From the human T2T-CHM13v2.0 reference genome, Homo sapiens: DNA of 64,000 nucleotides. The stretch lies in assembly GCF_009914755.1 (NCBI RefSeq), contig NC_060932.1; one strand, written 5' to 3'. Numbering within the stretch: position 1 is the first letter of the stretch; the number at the start of each line of letters is the position of its first letter. Shown piece by piece: positions 1 to 12,116 of this stretch. The notes below the pieces were generated by a model. That model did no database searches. It saw only the letters and a list, made by a program, of their open reading frames with translations, and was not told where the DNA came from. A program made the position numbers and the translations under genes.

Positions 1-1439
1 AATAATTCCTGTTTCATTCTTGATATTGCTTACTTGAGTATTCTTTCCTTTTTCCCCAGTCTTGCTTGAAGTTTATTTTCTTTTTTAAAGAAACAACTGC
101 TTCTTTCATCGATTTTTAAACTTTTTCTGTTTTTCATTTTATTAATATATACTTTTTATTTCCTCACCTTTATACTTTCATATTAATATATGTTTACATC
201 ATTTTTCTAAGTTATTGAGATAGAAGCTTAAATTATTGATTTGAGACTAGTTTTCTTTACTAATTTCAGCATTTTAGTGCTATAAATTTCCCCTTTGGTT
301 GTGTTCTACAAAGTTTGATATATTGTATATTTATTTTCATTCAGTTCAATGCATTTAAATAATTTCTTTGAAATTATTTTTGATCCATGGATTACTTGTA
401 AGTGTGTTTACTTTCCAAGTGTTTTAATATTTTCCTGTTATATACCTGTTACTGATTCTTAGTTTGAGTCCATTGTGGTCAGAGATTAAACTCTGTATGA
501 ATTTGATTATTTTTTCAGGTTGAGGCTTGTTTTATATTCCAGGATATGGTCTATGTTGTTATATGTTTCATAAGTGCATAAAATAATGTATATCCTGCAG
601 TTATTTGACAGAGTATTCCATAAATTTTGACTAAATTCTGTTGTTGATGGGGTGGTTGGGTTTTTCTATACTTTCAATGTCTAATTTTTCAGTCAATTAC
701 TGAAGGAAGGTCTCCAAATATAATTGTTAATTTGTTTTTTTCTTTCGGTTTTATGAGTTTATGCATCACACATTTTGCATCTCTGCTGTTTGGTGCATAT
801 ATGTTAGGATTGGTATGTTTTCTTGGTGGAATGAATCTTTTACCATTGTATAATATCCTTCTCACTTCCTGGCAAGGAACTTTTCTTTGCTAAGAACTAT
901 ACTTCATATGATATTAATATAGTGACTCCTGCTTTAATTAATTAATGTTTTCATGACATTCATCCTTATGCTTAACAACCTACCTATATAATTACATTTG
1001 AAGTAAGTTTCTTAGATAATACATAGCTGAATCATGCTTTTTACTTCACTGTGACAATCTGTCTTTTAATTGGTATATTTAGGTAATTTACATTTAATGC
1101 AATTACTGATATGTTAAGGCTTAAGTCACCTGCTTTTTTGTGAAAATATTCTTTCATGATAAAGAAAAAAACCACCTGATTTTTTTCTCACTGCTTTTCA
1201 TTTCTCTGTTTACTTTTTGTGTCTTCCTATGGGCTTATTAAATATATATATTTTTTTAAATTAATAGTGTCTTAATGTATCTTTTTGTATTGCATTTTTA
1301 GAGGATGCTCTAGATATTACATTATATGTTTATGACTCATCACAATCTTCTCAGATTGAGGTTTTACCAGTTTGAATGAATATAGAAATCTTACCTCCTA
1401 TTATGTTCCTTGACTTTCCCCATTTAAATACAATTGCCT
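1..1439 (-). mobile_element. Old L1M (L1MC/MD/ME-type) ORF2/endonuclease region, left part; resumes at 12117
   Basis: T-rich degenerate antisense L1 text. 'caattgcctaaaatatt' continues seamlessly as 'aaatatttcctccacagacatttag' after 12110. Confidence 0.8.
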
Positions 1440-2459
1440 AAAATATTAAACACCATGAACAAGTGAGATTTATCCTTGGGACACAAGGATGACTTAACCT
1501 ATGCAAATCAATAAATGTGATACACCACATTAACAGAATAAAGGTTAAAAATATGATAATCTCAATAAATGAATAAAAAATATATGATGAAATGTAATAT
1601 CCTTTCATTATAAAAACCATTAACAAATTAGGTATAGAAGGAATGTACCTCATTATAAAGACCATATATGACAAGCACATAACATCACACTCAGTGGTGA
1701 AAATGTGAAAGCTTTTTCTCTAAGATCAGAAATACTGACCTTCATCACTGGTATTTAACATAATGTTGGAAGTCCTAGCCGGAGCAATTAGACAGGAAAA
1801 AGAAATAAGAAACATCCAAATTTGAAAGGGAAGAGTTATTATAAATTGTCTTTGTTTGCAAACAACATGATCTTATATATAGAATACCCTAAATTCCACC
1901 AAAAAATTGTTAGAATTATGTAATGAATTCAGTAAAGTTATAAGATACAAAGTCATCATTAAAAGTCAGTTGTGTTTCAATACACTAACAACAAATGACC
2001 TGCAAAAGAAATTAAGACAACAGTCCCATTTACAATGGCATCAAAAAGAATAGAATACTTAGTAATAAATTTAACCAAGGAGGTGAAAGATATAATACCA
2101 CTAAAACTATAAAACATTGATGAAAGAAATTAAAGATACAAATAAAAAAGTATCCTTTGTTCATGGGTCAAATATTAAGAATTAATATTGTTAAAATGTC
2201 CATACTACCCGAAGTAATCATAGATTCTATGCAATATTGATCAAAATTCCAATAACATTTTTTTCAGAAATAGAAAAAATTTTTTTTCTGTGAGCTGATC
2301 AGTGTCAGCTTATTCTCAAAAAAGTCCTAATCTTATTTATTAGAAAGGTGTGCAATAAAACATTAACTTCTGGGTACCTTCCTCGTAAATAGCTTAGAAA
2401 TAAACAGGAGCCCAGTAGATTTTCAATTGACAATTCAGGAGTCCCTGTGCCATGGTTTA

Positions 2460-2600
2460 AAACCATTTTTTTAAAGCAGTGGAAAGAACTTTCTTCAAAT
2501 TAAAATCTATTGACAGCTAATGCCTGGCCTCGCCCACCAGCAGCCACTGGGCATCTTCCCCAAGCTCCCCACGGGAGTCTGGAACTCACTGACTGCAGGT
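2460..2600 (+). mobile_element. Degenerate hAT-Charlie remnant (MER117-like) inside the retrocopy 3' part
   Basis: 'ttaaagcagtggaaagaactttcttcaaattaaaatct' resembles the recalled MER117 consensus. Confidence 0.45.
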
Positions 2601-3039
2601 GAAGGATGGCTGAGCTGTGAGGTTCTGTACCATCGGCCCTAATGCCCTTCCCTAAATGGAGGATGTCTCAAAACTCAGAAGCAGCCTTAAACCCAATGTG
2701 GAAGCTGAATCTGCTGGCCTGCAAGACATCAGGAACTAAGGGTAGTTCACTGTGCCAGGTCCGGCCTGTGTTTATTCTCAGCCTAAAAGGAATCTGATCC
2801 AAAGACGGGCCCAATCCACCTTTCTTGTTTCCACACACCTGTGTCAATCTACGTCCTGTGCACTGGATCTAAACTCCAGGTTGCACTGTTTCCTCGGAAG
2901 GATCAGCCCTGTCTGATGATGACATGGCTGTTTATGGAATCCTTCCTCTCTACTTTTCAGGCAGGTTGAGCCTTTAACTCTTACCAGCTAGCTGAACACA
3001 ACGTTTGCACTTTAGCTGAGACATGATAATGAGGGAACC

Positions 3040-3270
3040 GCAGAGCTAGAAAGAACTTAGGAAAAACATCTAACCTTTAGCCCAAAGAAGTTAAATTAGT
3101 TGCTTATGGCCAAAGAACAAGTGAAAGACTGGTAAAGTGGTAAAATCTAGAACCCCAGGCTTCCCAGCTTTCAGTCCCTTCTTTGGAAAAATAAAATATT
3201 TAAACTACAAGGGATTTTAGAAATTATCTAGCATAATCTCTTCATTTGAATAAACAGCCCCATGGGTTAA
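3040..3270 (-). mobile_element. MIR/MIR3 remnants inside the retrocopy 3' part
   Basis: 'gagctagaaagaacttag...catctaacc...gcccaaagaagttaaattagttgc...ctagaaccccagg' and 'aagggattttagaaattatctag' are antisense MIR core text. Confidence 0.6.
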
Positions 3271-3446
3271 TATTTTCCATCAATATACCATGATATCACT
3301 GTTATTTAGGCAATGTTTCTTCTCCAGTTAAGACAGGAAAAACGCTACAAGCTTGTGTCCAGGAGTTAATGAAACCCTGAGGTTATAGGAACGGACATTC
3401 ACCACCGGGTCTGTGTGCCACACTAGACCAGACACAAAGAGCAACC

Positions 3447-3735
3447 CAGGTGGGAGGAAAGGGCGAGCGCGGCCAAGCAGTTAAAGGTGACCCGGTTGAC
3501 CACAGAGTACAAAAGTCTTTGGAAGGCAGCAGCATGGCAAAGTCACCAGGAAGTCTGCATAGACGACCAGACGCCATGACATGATGGCCCAGATCATGCC
3601 GCAGCCGTCATGGATCAGCCAGACCCTGTTGGCCTAGTCGGCCTCGGAGGAGGAGGACGAGGGAGTCATAATTACAATTTTCAGCCAGGAGAGGATGATG
3701 CTCGGGTCCCGGAGCCTGTATCCCAATGGCTCCTT
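3447..3735 (-). pseudogene. ZDHHC7: ZDHHC7 CDS-homologous segment (codons ~1-98), disabled
   Basis: Across frameshifts it reads [77 protein letters not shown]. This matches ZDHHC7 [87 protein letters not shown]. The start ATG is AAG (3733-3735) and the DHHC domain is absent. Confidence 0.93.
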
Positions 3736-4000
3736 GATTTCCCAGACGCACCCTCACAAATTATTTCTAAACATCACGTGAATATTTTGTGTCTTTTCTT
3801 CAAGATCATAAGGTGCGCGCTGTCCCATGTGATAAGATCCGAGGTCCGGGCAGGGCGGCGCAACCTCCCGAAGTGAAGCCTGCGAGGTCAGCGGCCAGAA
3901 AAAAACAATTGATATTCATGTGAAACTGCAAAAGACCTCAAATAGCCAAGGCAAACTCGAACAAGAAGAACAAAGTTGGAGGTGTCACATGCCCTGATTT

Positions 4001-7000
4001 TTTTTATTTCTAAAAAACAACAACAACAACAACAAAACGGGATACATATGCAGAACGTGCGGGTTTGTTACATAGTTATATGTGTGCCATGGTGGTTTGC
4101 TGCACCTACTGACCTGTCTTCTAAGTTCCCTCCCCTCAACCCCCCACCCCCCAACAGGCCCTGGTATGTGTTGTTCCCCTCTCTGTGTCTATGTGTTCTC
4201 AATGTTCAGCTCCCACCTGTGGGTGAGAACATGGGGCATTTGGTTTTCCGTTCCTGTGATAGTTTGCTGAGGATGATGGCTTCCAGCTTCAACCATATGA
4301 CTGCAAAGGACATTATCTCATTCCTTTTTAGGCAGCATAGTATTCCATGGTGTATATGTACCACATTTTCTTTACCCAATCTATCATTGATGGGCATTTG
4401 GGTTGGTTCCATGTCTTTACTATTGTAAATAGTGCTGCAACAAACATGTGTATGCATGTTTCTTTCTAGTAAAATGATTACATTCCCTTGGGTATATACC
4501 TAGTAATGGGATTGCTGGGTCAAATGGTAATTCTGGTTCCAGATCCCTGAGGAATCTCCATTGTCTTCTACAATGGTTGAACTAATTTACATTCCCACCA
4601 ACAGTGTAAAAGAGTTCCTATTTCTCCACAGCCTCAATTGTTTCCTGACTTTTTAATAATCATCATTCTGACTGGTGTGAGATGGTATCTCATTGTGGTT
4701 TTGATTTGCATTTTTTTGATGATTAGTAATATTGAGTTTTTTAAAATATGTTTGTTGACCATATAAATGTCTTCTTTAGAGAATTGTCTGCTCATATCCT
4801 TTGCCCACTTTTTGATGGGGTTGTTTGTTTTATTCTTGTAAATATGTTTAAGTTCCTTGTAAATTCTGGATATTAGACCTTTGTCAGATGGGTACATTGC
4901 CAAAATTTTCTCCCATTCTGTAGGTTGCCTGTTCACTCTGATGATAGTTTCTTTTGCTGTGCAGAAACTCTTTAGTTTAATTAGATCCCATTTGTCAATT
5001 TTGGCTTTTGTTGCAACTGCTTTTGGAGTTTTTGTCATGAAGTCTTAGCCCATTCCTATGTCCTGAATGGGATTGCTTAGGTTTTCTTCTAGGGTTTTTA
5101 TGATTTGGGGTTTTACATTTAAGTCTTTAATCTATCTTGAGTTAATTTTTGTATAAGGTGTAAGGAAGGAGTCCAGTTTCTGTTTTCTGCATATGGCTAG
5201 CACCATTTATTAAATAGGGAATTATTTCCCCATTGCTTGTTTTTGTCAGGTTTGTCGAAAATCAGATGGTTGTAGATGTGTGGTGTTATTTCTGAGGCCT
5301 CTGTTCTGTTCCATTGATCTATATATCTGTTTTGGTAACAGTACCATGATATTTTGGTTACTGTATGCAGCCTTGTAGTATAGTTTGAAGTCAGGTAGCG
5401 TGATGCCTCTAGCTTTTTTTTTTTGCTTAGGATTGTCTTGGCTACACGGGCTCTTTTTTGATTCCATATGAAATTTAAAGTAGTTTTTTCTAATTGTGTA
5501 AAGAATGTCAATAGTAGTTTGATGAGAATAGCATTGAATCTATAAATTACTTTGGGCAGTATGGGCCTTTTCACAATATTCGTTCTTCCTGTCCATAAGC
5601 ATATAATTTTTTTCATTTGTTTGTGCCTTCTCTTATTTCTTTGAGCAGTGGTTTGTAGTTCTCCTTGAAGAGGTCCTTCACATACCTTGTTAGCTGTATT
5701 CCTTGGTATTTTATTCTCTTTGTAGTGATTGTGAATGGGAGCTCATTCATGATTTGGCTCTCTGCTTGCCTATTGTTGGTGTAAAGGAATGTTTGTGATT
5801 TTTGCACATTAATTTGTATCCTGAGACTTTGCTGAAGTTGCTTATCAATTCAAGAAGTTTTTGGGCTGAGATGATGGGGTTTCTAACTATAAAATCATGT
5901 CATCTGCAAACACAGAGAAGTTGACTTCCTCTTTTCCTGTTTGAATACCCTTTATTTATTTCTCTTGCCTGACTGCCCTAGCCAGAACTTCCAATACTAT
6001 TTTGAATAGGAGTGGTGAGAGAGGGCATCCTTGTCTTGTGCTGGTTTTCAAAGGGAATGTTTCCAGCTTTTGCCCATTCAATATGTTATAGGCTGTGGGT
6101 TTTTCATAAATAATTCTTATTATTTTGAGATATGTTTCATCAATATCTAGTCTATTGTGAGTTTTTAACATGAAGGGATGTGGAGTTTTATCAAAGGCCT
6201 TTTCTGCATCTATTGAAATAATCACGTGGTTTTTGTCATTGGTTCTGTTTATGTGATGCATTACATTTATTGATTTGTGTATGTTGAACCAGCCTTGCAC
6301 CCCACAAATAAAGCTGACTTGATTGTGGTACATAAGTTTTTTGGTGTCCCGATGGATTAGGTTTGCCAGTATTTTATCGAAGATTTCAGCATTGATGTTC
6401 ATCAGGGATATTGACCTGAAGTTTTCTTTTTTTGTAGTGTCTTTTCACGATTCGGGTGTCAGGATGGTGATGGCTTCATAAAATGAGTTAGGGAGGAGTC
6501 CCTCCTTTTCAATTGTTTGGAATAGTTTCAGAAGGAATGGTACCAACTCTGCTTTGTATTTCTGGTAGAATTCAGCTGTGAATCCATCTGGTCTGGGCTT
6601 TTTTTTTTTTTTTTTGGTTGGTAAGCTATTAATCACTGCCTCAATTTTAGAGCTTGTTATTGGTCTATTTGGGGATTCAACTTCTTCCTGGTTTAGTCTT
6701 GTGAGGGTGTATGTGTCTAGGAATTTATCCATTTCTTCCAGATTTTCTAGTTTATTTGCATAGAAGTGTTTATAGTATTCTCTGATGGTAGTTTGTATTT
6801 CTGTGGGGTCAGTGGTGATATCCAATTTATCATTTTTTATTGTGTCTATTTGATTCTTCTCTCTCCTTCTTTATTAGTGTAGCTGGTGGTCTATCCGTTT
6901 TGTTAATTTTTTTCAGAAAACCTGCTCCTGGATTTGTTGATTTTTTTGGAGGGTTTTTTGTGTTTATATCTCCTTCAATTCTTCTCTGATCTTAATTTTT

Positions 7001-10000
7001 TTTTTTTTTTTTTTTTTTTTTTGTCTTCTGCCAGCTTTTGGATTAGTTTGCTCTTGTCTCTCTAGCTCTTTTAATTGTGAAGTTAGATGTCAATTTGAGA
7101 TCTTTCTAGCTTTCCTATTGAGCATTTAGTGTATAAATTTCCCTCTTAACACTGCATTAGCTGTGTCCCAGAGATTCTGGTACATTGTCTCTTTGTTCTC
7201 ATTGGTTTCAAAGAATTTCTTGATTTCTGCCTTAATTTTGTCATTTACCCAGGAGTCATTTGGGAGCAGGTTGTTCAATTTCCATGAAAGTGTGTGGTTT
7301 TGAGTGAGTTTCTTAATCCTGAGTTCTAATTTGATTGCACCGTGGTCTGAGAGATTGTTTGTTATGATTTCAGTTCCTTTCACTGAGGTGTGTTTTAGTT
7401 CCAGTTATGTGGTTGATTTTAGAATAAGTGCCATGTGGCACTTGGAAGAATGTATATTCTGTTGATTTGGGATAGAAAGAACTGTAGATGTCTATTAGGT
7501 CTGCTTGGTTCAGAGCTGAGTTCAGGTGCTGAATATCCTTGTTAATTTTCTGACTTGTTGATCTGTCTAATACTGACAGTGGAGTATTAAAGTCTCCCAC
7601 TATTATTGTGTGGAAGTCTAAGTCTCTTTGTAGGTGTCTAAGAACTTATTTTATGAATCTGGGTGCTCTTGTATTGGATGCATATATATTTAGAAGAGTT
7701 AGTTCTTTTGTTGAATTGTTTCCTTTACCATTTTGTAATGCCCTTCTTTATCTTTTTTGATCTTCGTTGGTTTCAAGACTGTTTTGTCAGAGACAAGGAT
7801 TGCAACCCCTGCTTTTTTTTTGGTTTTAATTTGCTTGGTAAATTTTCCTCCATCTGTTTATTTTGAGTCTGTGTGTTTCTTTGCACATAAGATGGGTCTC
7901 CTGAATATAGCACACTGATGAGTCTTGACTTCCCATCCAATTTGCCATTCTGTGTCTTTTAATTGAAAAGAATTTAGCCCGTTTACATTTAGGGTTAGTA
8001 TTGTTTTGTGTGAATATGATCCTGTCATCATGATGCTATTTGGTTATTTTGCAAACTAATTTACGCAGTTTATTCCTAGTGCCATTGGTCTTTATATTTT
8101 GGTGTGTTTTTGCACTGGCTGGTACTGGTTTTTCCTTTCCATATTTAGTGCCTCTTTCAGGAGCTCTTGCAGGGCAGGCATGGTGGTAACGAAATCCCTC
8201 AGCATTTGCTTGTCTGGAAAGGATTTTATTTCTCCCTCACTTATGAAGCTTAGTTTGGCTGGATATGAGATCCTGGGTTGGAAATTCTTTTTTTTAAGAA
8301 TGTTGAATATTGCCCCCCCAATCTCTTTTGGCTTGTGTAGTTTCTGCTGAGAGGTCCACTGTTAGTCTGATAGGCTTCTGTTTGTAGGCGACTTGGCCTT
8401 TCCCTCTGGCTGCCCTTAACAGTTTTTCCTTCTTTTCGACTTTGGAGACTCTGATGATTATGTGTCTTGGAGTTTATCTACTCGTGGAGTGTCTTAGTGG
8501 TGTTCTCTGTATTTCCTGAATTTTCATGTTGGCCTGTCTTGCTATGTTGGGAAAGTTCTTCTGGATAATATCCTGAAGTGTGTTTTCCAGCCTGTTTTTA
8601 TTCTCCCCACCTCCTTCTGGTACTCCAATAAGTTGTAGGTTCAGTGTGTTTATGAAGTCCCATATTTCTTGGAGGATTTATTCATTCCCTTTCTTTCCTT
8701 TTTCTCTAATCTTGTCTACATGTCTTATTTCAGTAATGTGGGCTTCAAACTATGATATCCTTTATTCCACTTGGTCCATTTGGCTGTTGATGCTTGTGTA
8801 TGTTTCACGAAGTTCTCATGCTTTGTTTTTCAGCTCCATCAGGTCGTTTATGTTCCTCTCTAAATTGGTTATTCTGGTTAGCAATTCCTCTAACCTTTTA
8901 TCAAGGTTCTTAGCTTCTTTGCTTTGGGTTAGAACATGTTCCTTTAGCTCATTGTGGTTTTTATTACCCATCTTCTGAAGCCTACTTCTGTCAGTTCATC
9001 TATCTGATCTTCTGTTCAGTTCTGTGCCCTTAATGGAGAGATGTCACAATCATTTGGAGGAGAAGAGGTACTCTGGCCTTTTGGGTTTTCAGCATTTTTT
9101 TGATGATACTTTCTCATTTTCATAGTTGTCTAGATTTGGTCTTTCAGGCTGCTGACCTTTGGATGGGGTTTTTGTGGGGGCCTTTTTGTTGTTGTTGCTG
9201 TTGATGCTGTTGTTGTTGCTTTCTGCTTCTTTTTCTTTCAATAGTCAGTTCCCTCTTCTGTAGAGCTGCTGCAGTTTGCTGGGGGTTCACTTCAGGCTCT
9301 ATTCATCTGATTCTTTCCCATACCTGGAGATGTGACTCAAGGAGGCTGCAGAGCAGCAAAAATGGGTGCCTACACCTTCTTCTGGGACCTCTGACCTCAA
9401 GGGGCACCAACCTGATGCCAGTAGGAGTGCTCCTGTATAGGGTGTCTGACAACCCCTGTTGGAGGGTCTTATCCAGTTGGGTGGCATGGGGAGCAGGACC
9501 CATTTAATGAAGCACTTTGTCCCTTGGAAAGGATGTGTTTTGCTGGGGGGAAACCCACTCATCTGGGCTGCCCGGATTCCTCAGAACCACCAGGAGGAGA
9601 GGCTAAGTCTGCTCACCTGCAGTGACTACAGCCACCCCTTCCCCTAAGGGCTCAGGCCCAGGGAGATCCAAATTCTGTCCCTGAGCCTCTGGCTGGAGTT
9701 ATTGGAGATCCTGCAAGGAAGCCTGACTCACTGAAGAAGGATAGGTCAGAGTTATACCTGAAGAGACTCTCTGGCCACAACCAGTGTGTTGGGCTGTGGA
9801 GACAAGTCTTGGGACCAAGCCATCCAGCCTCCCTGGCTCCAGCAGGGGAAGAGCACAGCCTGGAGCTGTAGAAATGGTTGTCATCCTTCCCCTGCCAGGG
9901 AGCTTAATATGTTAGGCAGCTGCCAGTCCCAGTGCTGGCTGCTGACCCTCCCCCAAGGAGCTCAAATGGCTTACACAGCAGGCAACTCTCACCCCTCCCC

Positions 10001-10403
10001 CTGGTAAGCTTAAGCAGATTCCCACTGAGAGGCTGTAAGAATGCAGGTTCCATGGTTGGGTCGCTAGACCCTGGTGGCTTGGGTTTGTAAGTGGGATCTT
10101 CCCATCCATGGGTTGCATAGTTCTGTGGGAAAAGCATTTTCCCCAGCTGGGTTGCACGCTCACTCACCACCTGCCTTGGCTGGGGGGAGGAGGTTCCCCT
10201 TCCCCATGTGGCTTTCAGGTGGGCTGTAGCACCACACTGCTCTTCCTTCTCTCTGTGGCTCATGCCAGCCTTCTAGTCAATTTTGATGAGAGAACCTGGA
10301 TACATTTGTTGTCGGTGAAGGATACACACGCTTACTATGGTTTTTTTTCAATGGAAGCCTCCGAATGCTGCTGCTTCCAGTCTGCCATTTGGCCCAGCCT
10401 CTT
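4001..10403 (-). mobile_element. Full-length (~6.4 kb) L1PA8-type LINE-1, both ORFs disrupted
   Basis: ORF2 fragments in the track: MGDFNTPLS (EN), [11 protein letters not shown] and [11 protein letters not shown] (RT), [15 protein letters not shown]. It has ORF1 and 5'UTR at ~8000-10403, an L1PA8-style 3' end 'aaaacgggatacat..cagaacgtgc', and TSD ctgattt at 3994-4000 and 10404-10410. Confidence 0.93.
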
Positions 10404-10852
10404 CTGATTTCCAAATGTATTGCACAGATACAGTAATCAAAACAATAAAAAATGAAAATTGCATAGAAACAAACATATAAATCAATGGAACAGAATAGAG
10501 AACCCAGAAATTAATCCATGTTTTTATGGTCAACTAATCTTGGACAAGGTGTGTCAAGAATACACAATAGGGAAAGGATAGTCTCTTCAATAAATGGTGT
10601 TTGGAAAACTAGGTCTCTACGTACAAATGAATGAAACTGAACCTTTATCTCACAACATGTACAAAAAAATCAACTCAAAATAGATAATGACATAAGATCC
10701 CAAACCATAAAACTACTAGAAGTAAACATGTGACATTGGTCTGGACACTGATTTTGTAGCTCTGACACAAAAAGCACAGGTAATGAAAGCAAAAATAGAC
10801 AAACAGGATTACATCAAACTAAAAAGCTTTTAAATAGTAAAGGAAACAATCA

Positions 10853-11392
<540 letters not shown>

Positions 11393-12116
11393 TTAAAACA
11401 GCAATGAGATATAACCTCAGCCCTGCTAGAATGGCAAATATTAAAAAAAAAACATAAGATAAGCATTAGTGAGGATGTGAAGAAAAGGAAACTCTGGTAC
11501 ACTGTTGGTGGGGATATTAATTAGTACAGCCATTATTAAAAACAGTTTGAAGTTTCTTTTTAAAAATGGATTAAAAGTAAGAATACACATACACACACAC
11601 AATGGAATAATATCCAGCCTTAATAAAGAAGGAAATTTATACCATATGTGACAATTTAGATGAACCTGGCAAATTGTATGCTAAGTAGAATAAGCCAGAT
11701 ACAGAGAGACAAATAGTGCATAATCTTATTTATATGTGGAACCTAAAAAGTCAGACTCATAAAGGCAGAGAGTAAAATGGTATTAATAGTTTCCAGGTTC
11801 TGGGGGATGGGAGAAATCAGACCTTGCTAGTCCAAGGGTGCAAAGTTTCTGTTAAGCAGGATGAATAAGTTCTGGAGCTCTAATGTACAAACATACTGAC
11901 TATAATTAGCAATACTGTACTGTACACTTGAAATTGGCTGAGAATAAATCTTGTGTTCTCACCATTAAAAAAAGTAACTGTGAAGTGACAGATATGTTAA
12001 TTAGATTGATTCCAGTAGTCATTTTACAATGTATATGTATATCAAAGCATCATTTTGTACACCTTAAATATAAACAATTTTTTCAATTATCCCTCAATAA
12101 AGCTGGAAAAAATATT

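Larger units (their letters stand above)
2280..3896 (-). pseudogene. ZDHHC7: Processed retrocopy: ZDHHC7 5' part fused to ~1.15 kb non-ZDHHC7-CDS 3' part with poly(A) remnant
   Basis: T-run 2280-2287 is the minus-strand poly(A). A degenerate TSD agaaaaaa(..)att lies at ~2272 and ~3897. The insert interrupts collinear L1MA ORF2. Confidence 0.88.

Noticed and set aside
3447-3735. Functional ZDHHC7 retrogene
   Set aside because: The start codon is lost, there are multiple frameshifts, and it is truncated before the DHHC domain.
3610-3876. 88-aa plus-strand ORF
   Set aside because: It is antisense to the GC-rich retrocopy with no recognisable homology.
2280-4000. Retrocopy as a 3' transduction delivered by the adjacent L1PA8
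   Set aside because: ~100 bp of host L1MA lies between them and each insert has its own TSD, so they are separate events.
4206-7600. RT/endonuclease ORFs suggesting an active L1 or a novel RT system
   Set aside because: They are fragments of one frameshifted, stop-riddled L1PA8 ORF2, ordinary and non-functional.
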